DNA of 64,000 bases from Fibrobacteria bacterium GUT31. Its GTDB lineage: Bacteria > Fibrobacterota > Fibrobacteria > Fibrobacterales > Fibrobacteraceae. The stretch covers positions 15,209 to 79,208 of the forward strand of contig LIUH01000148.1 in NCBI GenBank assembly GCA_001462225.1, written 5' to 3'. The notes below the pieces were generated by a model. The model was not told where the DNA came from and searched no databases. It saw nothing but the letters and a program-made list of their open reading frames with translations. The position numbers and the translations under genes are program-made. Positions 1 through 7,019 of this stretch are shown one piece after another. The first letter of the stretch is position 1. The number at the start of each line of letters is the position of its first letter.

Positions 1-55
1 AATGGCGCAACAGGCATTTGTTCGGAAATGAGAAATTCAATCCGGTTCAGCGTTT

Positions 56-1318
56 CTAAGGCGGGAAAAATATATAAGCTATAACTATAGCCGCCGTAAA
101 TCCCGCTAAATCAGACATCAACCCGCAAAAAACAGCATGTCTGGTTTTGCGAATTGCTACGGAACCGAAATAAACCGCTATTATATAAAGCGTGGTATCT
201 GTAGTTCCTTGAAATATAGAACTTAAACGCCCCACAAAGCTGTCTGCGCCATATTGCTGCATGGCATCTATCATCATTCCGCGCGCTCCGCTGCCGTTCA
301 GGGGCTTCATAATTGCGGTCGGCAAACTCGGCACAACATCTGCCGGAATGCCGAAAAAGTTAAAGGCTGTTGTAATTCCATCCATTATAAAATTCATCGC
401 GCCGCTTGCCCTGAAGGCTGCTATTCCTGCCAAAATTGCAACTAAGTACGGTATTAGGGTAACAGCAGTGGAAAAACCTTCTTTTGCTCCTTCAACAAAG
501 GCATCAAAAGGCATAACTTTTTTTACGGCAGCCAAAGCCAAAAAGAACATTACAATAGCGAATAAAATTATGCCCCCCAAAAATGCGCTGGCAATTCCCA
601 TTTCCTCCGCTGTGAGCGAGGAAAAATAAAACAGGGAACCGAATACCGCCGCGCAGAGACCGACAAACCAGGATATAAAAACCACATTTTTTATCTCAAT
701 CTTTTGAAAAAAAGAGGCTATCAAAACTCCGGCTACGGTGCTGAAAAATGTCGCAAACAAAATCGGCAAAAAAATATCAGCGGCGTTTGCCGCTCCGAGC
801 TTTGCCCTATAAGTCATTATGCTAACGGGAATCAGGGTTAAACCGCTTGCATTTAAAACCAAAAATAGGATTTGAGCGTCGCTTGCGGTGTCTTTTTTAG
901 GGTTTATTTCCTGTAATTCCTTCATGGCTTTTAAGCCAATAGGGGTGGCCGCGTTGTCCAGCCCTAGCATATTTGCGCTTATGTTCATCAACATGCTGCC
1001 CATTGCCGGATGATTTGCCGGAACGCTGGGGAAAAGCCTTTTCATCAAAGGGGAAACCAGTTTGGCGAACATTTGAATTGCACCTGCTTTTTCCCCGATT
1101 TTCATTATTCCAAGCCAAAAAGTCAAAATTCCGGTTAAGCCGATGGCTAATTCAAAAGCCGTTCTTGACATATCAAAAACACCTTGCATAACCGTATTGA
1201 AAATTCCGCTATTGCCTGAATAAAGCCATTGGGCGAGGCAAGCTACAAATGCACCCAAAAAAAAGAGAATCCAAATAACATTGAGAAACACGGAAGCTAA
1301 TTTAGTAAAAATTCCCAT
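56..1318 (-). CDS. Nucleoside-recognition (Gate) domain membrane protein, fused SpmA/SpmB-like
   Basis: 420-aa polytopic membrane ORF. The segment HPAMGSMLMNISANMLGLDNAATPIGLKAMKELQEINPKKDTASD matches the conserved SpmA-type core as I remember it. Confidence 0.7.
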   Translation of the reverse strand: MGIFTKLASVFLNVIWILFFLGAFVACLAQWLYSGNSGIFNTVMQGVFDMSRTAFELAIGLTGILTFWLGIMKIGEKAGAIQMFAKLVSPLMKRLFPSVPANHPAMGSMLMNISANMLGLDNAATPIGLKAMKELQEINPKKDTASDAQILFLVLNASGLTLIPVSIMTYRAKLGAANAADIFLPILFATFFSTVAGVLIASFFQKIEIKNVVFISWFVGLCAAVFGSLFYFSSLTAEEMGIASAFLGGIILFAIVMFFLALAAVKKVMPFDAFVEGAKEGFSTAVTLIPYLVAILAGIAAFRASGAMNFIMDGITTAFNFFGIPADVVPSLPTAIMKPLNGSGARGMMIDAMQQYGADSFVGRLSSIFQGTTDTTLYIIAVYFGSVAIRKTRHAVFCGLMSDLAGFTAAIVIAYIFFPP

Positions 1319-1803
1319 TCGCCGGCTTTTAACAGCCCAAGTTCATAATCGCCTATCTTGCTTCTATGCAAAGCTACAATTTTATTGCCAACCGCCGCGA
1401 ACATTCTCTTTACTTGATGGTAAACCCCGCCTTTTATTGTGATTTCGGCGACATTTTCTGCTATAAGTTTTAATTCCAATGCCGTGCTGAGGCGTTTTTC
1501 GCCGTGAAGCTGAACTCCGGCTAAGAGTTTTTTTTGCATTTCCTCGGTTAGAGGTTCGGCAAGCGTGGCTATATAGGTTTTTGCAAAACCTTTTTTCGGA
1601 TGCTCTATTTTATGTATGAATTCACCGTCATTTGAAAGCAGAATTAAGCCGGTGGTGTCAAAGTCCAATCTGCCGGCGCATTGCAGTCCGTTTTTTATGA
1701 GTTCGGCTGGGAACAAGGAAAATACGGCTTCGTGGCTTGTAGGCGCATGGCTGCATTCATAGCCGTACGGTTTGTTTAATTTTATGTAAAATTTGGTTTT
1801 CAC
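1297..1803 (-). CDS. Pseudouridine synthase, RsuA/RluB-family catalytic domain, no N-terminal S4 domain
   Basis: 168-aa ORF with a GTG start. It has the catalytic-Asp motif GRLDFDTTGLILLSNDGE and a C-terminal HQVKRMF motif. It overlaps the downstream gene by 22 nt. Confidence 0.75.
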   Translation of the reverse strand: MKTKFYIKLNKPYGYECSHAPTSHEAVFSLFPAELIKNGLQCAGRLDFDTTGLILLSNDGEFIHKIEHPKKGFAKTYIATLAEPLTEEMQKKLLAGVQLHGEKRLSTALELKLIAENVAEITIKGGVYHQVKRMFAAVGNKIVALHRSKIGDYELGLLKAGEWEFLLN

Positions 1804-1983
1804 TAGCTACTCCCTACTCTACAACATTCCTCTCTTGTTTTCAATCTTGCACATTCATGCTACACAATCGGGTAAATCCTTTTCATCGGGGGATCGGGGT
1901 TCAGACAAAAAAATCCCCATCTACGCCCCAACGCTAAGCCATATATAAACGCTCACAGCCGCGGGTTGCGCCGCTTGCTAACG

Positions 1984-3027
1984 CTAGCGGCGGGCTTCGC
2001 CATAGTCCTGGAGGCAACGAACTGAGAACAGGCCGGACTTATTGCCGTAGTCCCTGCCCACATCGCTGCTGCCGTAGTCCATGTACCGGCTCCAAGCGTA
2101 GTCGCTATCGTACTCCGTGGCACTCCACCAGAAGCCGTAGTTGCCGACATAGTAGAAATAGCCATCCGAGTAGCCGTTGCCGCCCGGGAGAGCCGAAAAG
2201 CCGTAATCGTCCGTGCCGGGAACATAACCGCTACCAGTATTCCAGCCGCTCTTGGCTTTCAATTTTTTACCTGCCACCTCTCCACCGCCAACAGCTTCGG
2301 CCAGCACTTCCCACTCGCCATCGCTCGGCAAATGCCAGCCGGAAGGACAGGCTTTCTTAGCCGTTTCCCAATTATACAATCTTCCGTACTTTTCGCAGTT
2401 AGCCGGATTGTTTCCATAACATTTGCTGCCGCTCGCTGCGTAGTTCAAATTTTCCGCCATCCAAGTCTGATTGCCTATTTTGGCGGTTTTGTATTGCTGG
2501 CCGCCGCGAGGGTCGGTTAAAGTGTTGCCGCCCGCTGTTTTGCCGGCGCTGCCGCTTTGGGCAGGAGTTCCCAGTATAAAACCGGCTATTTCACGCCCTG
2601 CCTCCAAGATTTCTTTCGCATTTCCCAAACCGCTCACAATTACATTAGACTTTCCCGGAACAGCCAATTTGGTTGTCACATCTATTATTCTGATGTTCAG
2701 AAGATGGCTCCCCTTTTTGTCTGATTGTATCTGAACAGCGCACACATAATGAGCCTCGGAATCCTTGCCCATTTCGGCTATTTTTTCCGGACTCACGGAA
2801 CCGCTTGTTTGGCGATTTTGCTCTTTGGCCAAAGCCGCAAGAGTCGCCTTTGAAATTTCTACGATTTCATATTCGGAGTTATTTATGAAAGCATCATTAA
2901 TAACCGTTCGCAGCATAAGGCTCTCTTCGGTTACGTTGCCGGCTATGTAAATAGCCAATTTCTTTCGCTCGTTTTGCGCAAATGCAAATGCGCAAAGAAC
3001 AGATAAAAGTATGGCAAATTTTCTCAT
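1984..3027 (-). CDS. Secreted protein with N-terminal LpoB/CsgG-like domain and C-terminal FISUMP domain
   Basis: Signal peptide MRKFAILLSVLCAFAFA. FISUMP motifs present: GNQTWMAENLNY, YGRLYNWETAKKACPSGWHLPSDGEWEVL, GFSALPGGNGY, FWWSATE, SVRCLQD. Confidence 0.8.
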   Translation of the reverse strand: MRKFAILLSVLCAFAFAQNERKKLAIYIAGNVTEESLMLRTVINDAFINNSEYEIVEISKATLAALAKEQNRQTSGSVSPEKIAEMGKDSEAHYVCAVQIQSDKKGSHLLNIRIIDVTTKLAVPGKSNVIVSGLGNAKEILEAGREIAGFILGTPAQSGSAGKTAGGNTLTDPRGGQQYKTAKIGNQTWMAENLNYAASGSKCYGNNPANCEKYGRLYNWETAKKACPSGWHLPSDGEWEVLAEAVGGGEVAGKKLKAKSGWNTGSGYVPGTDDYGFSALPGGNGYSDGYFYYVGNYGFWWSATEYDSDYAWSRYMDYGSSDVGRDYGNKSGLFSVRCLQDYGEARR

Positions 3028-3938
3028 TTTTCTATCTCCTTTACAAGTTTAGAGGCTATGCTCTCGGTTAATCTCTTAAAAGTCTCTCTTTTTGCCCTTT
3101 CGGTGTTTCCGTTTGTCCAGCCGCCGTTCATTTCAGGGATTTTTACGGGAATATCCTTTTTTGTTATGGCATTTCTAATAGACACATTCGCGCTCGCAAA
3201 ACAAAAAACCTGCTCAAAATTATTCGGTGGGTTGCAGTAATTGAGTTTCGCTTTAACGGTGATGGTGTAATCTGCCGCACCGGAATTTTCCGCTATGGAG
3301 CAGTTGCAACCGTTTTCCTGCAACACCGCACCCAATTCCTCCGCTACGTATTCGCTGCCGCTGACGTCCAGATAGATTGTTATCCCTTTTCCGATTTCAT
3401 CGCACTCCTTTTTTATTTTCTCGTAAAGATCGTCATATTCTTTTTGCTTGGCTTTGTCCATTTGCCCCAGTCTTTCCAAAATTCTCTCCCTTCCCTTTAT
3501 TCTTTTATGATATAAATCGTTTATATTTTCGCATGACTCTTTGGTTGTTTTTCTCGCCTGGTCCTTCAGCACGTCAGTCAAATACCTCAACGAATCCAGG
3601 TAAGGCTTGGCAGCAACGCTTGCCGACATGCAAGCCTTTGACGAGTAGCCGTTCCCGTCTTTGCCGTCTGTGTATTCGGCGTCCTGGGCATTGAGAAGTT
3701 CGGAGCTTATGCGCTGAATTGTGGTGTCTTTTTGAGAGGATTCCACTCCGTCTATGATTTCCTCCGTTTTGGAGAGGGAAGAAATTTTGGAGTTGATTGC
3801 CTCAGCAAGGGAATTGGCCGCTCTTCGCCTCGCCTCGGTCGGATCTTTCGCTCCGAAAATCTGCACACCGCAAATATTTTGAGCATTTGCCTGAATTGCA
3901 AGCAGCAAAATCACGAATTTGACCGAAAACTTGCTCAT
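3024..3938 (-). CDS. Secreted hypothetical protein (coiled-coil N-half, Cys-containing C-half)
   Basis: 304-aa ORF with signal peptide MSKFSVKFVILLLAIQANA. It shares 4-nt overlaps with both neighbouring genes, consistent with an operon. Confidence 0.5.
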   Translation of the reverse strand: MSKFSVKFVILLLAIQANAQNICGVQIFGAKDPTEARRRAANSLAEAINSKISSLSKTEEIIDGVESSQKDTTIQRISSELLNAQDAEYTDGKDGNGYSSKACMSASVAAKPYLDSLRYLTDVLKDQARKTTKESCENINDLYHKRIKGRERILERLGQMDKAKQKEYDDLYEKIKKECDEIGKGITIYLDVSGSEYVAEELGAVLQENGCNCSIAENSGAADYTITVKAKLNYCNPPNNFEQVFCFASANVSIRNAITKKDIPVKIPEMNGGWTNGNTERAKRETFKRLTESIASKLVKEIEK

Positions 3939-4561
3939 AATCCTATCACCTTCCTAGCTATGCCGAGCAAAAACTTGGCGGTTTTGGTGGCTATGTTTTT
4001 AAAATCGATTTTTGGGGCTGCCGGCTTGGCTGCCGGCTGCGGGGAGGGTTGAACAATTTCGCTTGATGAGGATGAACTGCCCGGCTGTTCTATTTCTTTT
4101 TGCGCCTCGTTATACAATTGCGGATTTACAACCATCAGGGTTACAACCCTGTAGAATTTTTTGCCGCTGATTTCGTCCGTTATTATCCCGTATTCGAAAT
4201 TGAGAACGGTGGAATTTACGAGGGCTATTGTATCAATGCTGATTTTGCCGCTGATTTTGCTCAATTCCTGCGCAACGCCATCCTCTATCCACGAAGAATC
4301 GCTGGCGGCATAGTTCACGAATGCCTTTACTGACAGTGCCAGCTTGTAGCGGGCATCCCTCTCGGAACGGCTCATAGCCGCCGGCAGCTTGTCCACATCG
4401 CCTATGCCCACTGCGCAGGGAACGGCTTTGGATATTTGGGCACACTCCGCCTGCAAAGCCTTCTGTTTTGCCAAGAGCTGGATTTCCGTGTTCTGAACAG
4501 GCTCTGCCTGGGCAAAAAGCAGGGCGGGGATTAGCGCGATGAGGTAGAGAATTTGTTTCAT
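3935..4561 (-). CDS. Secreted hypothetical protein, first gene of a three-gene operon
   Basis: I moved the start to ATG 4561 (MKQILYLIALIPALLFAQA signal peptide). An AGGAG SD precedes it, and a TTTCTATATT -10-type motif (rc of 4593-4598) lies 31 nt upstream. The C-terminus has a Ser/Pro/Ala-rich tail. Confidence 0.55.
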   Translation of the reverse strand: MKQILYLIALIPALLFAQAEPVQNTEIQLLAKQKALQAECAQISKAVPCAVGIGDVDKLPAAMSRSERDARYKLALSVKAFVNYAASDSSWIEDGVAQELSKISGKISIDTIALVNSTVLNFEYGIITDEISGKKFYRVVTLMVVNPQLYNEAQKEIEQPGSSSSSSEIVQPSPQPAAKPAAPKIDFKNIATKTAKFLLGIARKVIGL

Positions 4562-4611
4562 TTGAACTCCTAGGAGATGGGGGTAATGTGGCAATATAGA
4601 AATAATAACAT

Positions 4612-4731
4612 AAACGCTGATTTATTCGCTTGGGGAGTGGCTAGTAGGGAGTGGGGAGTGGAAAAAACATGAATTTAAGCGTTTTTCTACTCCCTACTCC
4701 CCATTCCCTACTCCCTAAAATCAGTTAATCA
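4612..4731 (+). repeat. ~120-nt palindromic intergenic element, copy 1 (REP/MITE-like)
   Basis: Near-identical to 12328-12446 in the same orientation. It contains a long imperfect inverted repeat (GGGGAGTGGCTAGTAGGGAGTGGGGAGTGG ... CTACTCCCTACTCCCCATTCCCTACTCCC). It lies between divergent -10-type motifs. Confidence 0.85.
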
Positions 4732-4785
4732 TTACTTACTAAACCAACGTTTACTATATTATTCCAATGTTCATTGAGAGAATTT

Positions 4786-5649
4786 ATGTCCCGAAAGCGT
4801 AGAAGAATACAGGTGCAAATTTATTCAAAAGGTACGGATAAGCCGAAATCTTACAGTATTCCATTAAGAATAGTAGGGTGGTGGTTATTCGGAATAATAA
4901 TAATAGTTTCGGGTTTTGTGTTCTGGTTGCCGGACAATATGGTTAACCTTAGGAATTTTCGCATTTTTGAAATAGCAAAAGAGCAAAGATCTATGCAATC
5001 AACAGCGAACAAGCTGGAAAAACAAATTTCCGAGGCGAATTTGCAAATAGAAAGCGGCAGTAATCTGAGAAATAAAATAAATCAGCTGGCAGGAATTTCA
5101 AATAACCCCGAAGGATCTAAAAAAATCTTTGCAGGAAAAAAAAACAAAAAGGAAAAGCTGCCGGCAGACATTGAACACATAAAAAAATCGCTGGAAGTAT
5201 TGAGAAATATGCGAGATTCTCTTTTGGCAAATGAGCAATACGCAAAGAGCCTGCCTTTGTTGCATCCGATTAAACGGCACCAAAACATAACCAACAGATT
5301 CGGGCTTATACAGGACCAGTTGACAAAAAGAGAATTGCCGCATAGAGGTTTGGATTTTGCAGTTAGCGAAGGTGATACCGTTATAGCCACCGGCGATGGC
5401 ATCATCGAAAATGTCACAAACCAGAAGTATGGTTTTGGAACTTCGCTGGAAATTCAGCACACGCCTCGTATAAAAACCATATATTCTCATTTGCAAGGCG
5501 TTTTGGTTCAAACCGGAAAACCGGTAAAGAAAGGACAGCCTGTGGCAATAGCCGGCAAAAGCGGCAGTGTTTTGTGGCCGGTTTTGCATTACGAGGTTCA
5601 CTACGACAATCAGCCGATAAACCCCGAAGATTATTTTATTACACCGTAA
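4786..5649 (+). CDS. M23 family metallopeptidase (murein endopeptidase-like), membrane anchored
   Basis: Motifs HRGLDFAVSEGDTVIATGDGIIENV and LHYEVHYDNQPINPEDY. N-terminal TM helix followed by a coiled coil. ATG 4786 is preferred over TTG 4774. Confidence 0.85.
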   Translation: MSRKRRRIQVQIYSKGTDKPKSYSIPLRIVGWWLFGIIIIVSGFVFWLPDNMVNLRNFRIFEIAKEQRSMQSTANKLEKQISEANLQIESGSNLRNKINQLAGISNNPEGSKKIFAGKKNKKEKLPADIEHIKKSLEVLRNMRDSLLANEQYAKSLPLLHPIKRHQNITNRFGLIQDQLTKRELPHRGLDFAVSEGDTVIATGDGIIENVTNQKYGFGTSLEIQHTPRIKTIYSHLQGVLVQTGKPVKKGQPVAIAGKSGSVLWPVLHYEVHYDNQPINPEDYFITP

Positions 5650-5668
5650 GGATTATAGTGAATGCAGA

Positions 5669-6073
5669 ATGAATAACATGTCCTTGATAAGAAGCAAAGA
5701 TACTTCCATAGAAGTTATCTTGCGCAAGGCTCTTTGGAGAGCGGGGTTTCGCTATAGGAAGAATTACAAAAAGTTGCCCGGCAAGCCGGACATAGCTATA
5801 ACGAAATATAAAATCGCCATTTTTTGCGATGGCGAATTTTGGCACGGCAAAAACTGGGATGAGGATAGGGGGAGAATAAAAAGCAATCGCTCGTACTGGC
5901 TTCCAAAAATTGACAGGAACATACGGCGAGATTTTGAAACGGATAGAGATTTAAAACTTATGGGCTGGGAAGTTCTGCGTTTTTGGGGCAAAGATATAGA
6001 AAAAACCTTGCAGAGCTGCATTGAGCAGGTCAAGGAAGCGGTTTTTTACAAGGAAATTGGGGTGGAGCCGTGA
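5669..6073 (+). CDS. vsr: Very short patch repair endonuclease (Vsr-like)
   Basis: NMSLIRSKDTSIE, PGKPDIAITKYKIAIFCDGEFWHGKNW and GWEVLRFWGKDI match the Vsr layout. The canonical Cys/His zinc-ligand positions appear substituted. Confidence 0.75.
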   Translation: MNNMSLIRSKDTSIEVILRKALWRAGFRYRKNYKKLPGKPDIAITKYKIAIFCDGEFWHGKNWDEDRGRIKSNRSYWLPKIDRNIRRDFETDRDLKLMGWEVLRFWGKDIEKTLQSCIEQVKEAVFYKEIGVEP

Positions 6074-6112
6074 GGTGTGGATTTCTATATTTTCCACTTG
6101 GAGTAGACGACT

Positions 6113-6208
6113 ATGCTTAAGTTCATAGATTTGTTTTGCGGGATTGGCGGTTTTAGGCTCGCTCTTGAAGAAAGAGGGCTGGAAACTCATAACGAAGGGA
6201 AAATTTAG
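6113..6208 (+). pseudogene. 5' stump of a DNA (cytosine-5) methyltransferase gene (31 codons, then stop)
   Basis: It translates to MLKFIDLFCGIGGFRLALEERGLETHNEGKI*. DLFCGIGGF is C5-MTase motif I (FxGxGG). A -10-type motif (6086-6091) and a GGAG SD lie upstream. No further MTase motifs occur in any frame downstream. Confidence 0.7.
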
Positions 6209-6212
6209 CATA

Positions 6213-6956
6213 ATGGATTTGACTAAAACAGATAAAACCACATTAGCCGGATTATATATTGCTAAATTCGATAAACAAGCGTTGGAAGCTCTTGGTTTTT
6301 CTGGTATGTGGCAAGCATTCAATGTTATTGGATATTCTCTTGGATCAAGTCCAGCATCAATTAAGAATTATCGTGATGAATTTGATAGGCTATTCCCTAA
6401 TCCACGTAAAGGATGGCAACGCGAATTAAAAACACGCTCAAAGAAAATTTTTGATAATTTTAATTATCTTGATTTTGTACCATTTACCGATTTGATGAAA
6501 AGTTTTCTTATTCCAAATTATGAAGAAGAAAAATCAGTTGCTGCTCTTATAAATTCAGATAACAACGAAAGTGTTGCCAAACGGTTAATAACTGGAAAAG
6601 CGGCGGAAGAATACTTTAAGATTACTTATCCTTCAATCGTTGAATTTAAAAATTATGATTTGAAAGATACTACTAATTTAGCTTGTGGTTTTGATTTCAA
6701 GTTATTTTTAGATACAGATTTCTACTGTGTTGAAGTCAAAGGATTAAATGCAAATAAAGGTAACATTATGTTTACTGAAAAAGAATTTTTTGTTGCTAGT
6801 AAACTACAGAGGCAATATTGCTTATTTGTTGTAAAAAATTTTGTAGAAAAACCGTATCATCAAATTTTCTTCGACCCGCTTAATAGCGATCTTTCATTTC
6901 AAAAAAATGAAATAATAGTAACACAGATTAATTATTCAGCGTTAATTAAAGTATAA
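6213..6956 (+). CDS. DUF3883-type PD-(D/E)XK nuclease-like protein (restriction-endonuclease-like)
   Basis: The C-terminal segment GKAAEEYFKITYPSIVEFKNYDLKDTTNLACGFDFKLFLDTDFYCVEVKGLNANKGNIMFTEKEFFVASKLQRQYCLFVVKNF has the D...EVK nuclease core and the DUF3883 layout. The gene is visibly more AT-rich than vsr. I take ATG 6213 as the start. Confidence 0.6.
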   Translation: MDLTKTDKTTLAGLYIAKFDKQALEALGFSGMWQAFNVIGYSLGSSPASIKNYRDEFDRLFPNPRKGWQRELKTRSKKIFDNFNYLDFVPFTDLMKSFLIPNYEEEKSVAALINSDNNESVAKRLITGKAAEEYFKITYPSIVEFKNYDLKDTTNLACGFDFKLFLDTDFYCVEVKGLNANKGNIMFTEKEFFVASKLQRQYCLFVVKNFVEKPYHQIFFDPLNSDLSFQKNEIIVTQINYSALIKV

Positions 6957-7019
6957 TATTATGAAAAAATATATTGATGAATCAATTGATTGCGACAACA
7001 AACAATGGGAGTGCTATTT

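Noticed and set aside
5082-5601. Minus-strand ORFs (111 and 167 aa) inside the M23 peptidase gene. Similar antisense ORFs lie in pheS (12822-13419), the SSF transporter (14720-15169) and tldD (17602-18490).
   Set aside because: All are nested in confidently assigned genes on the other strand and show no family motifs or translation signals.
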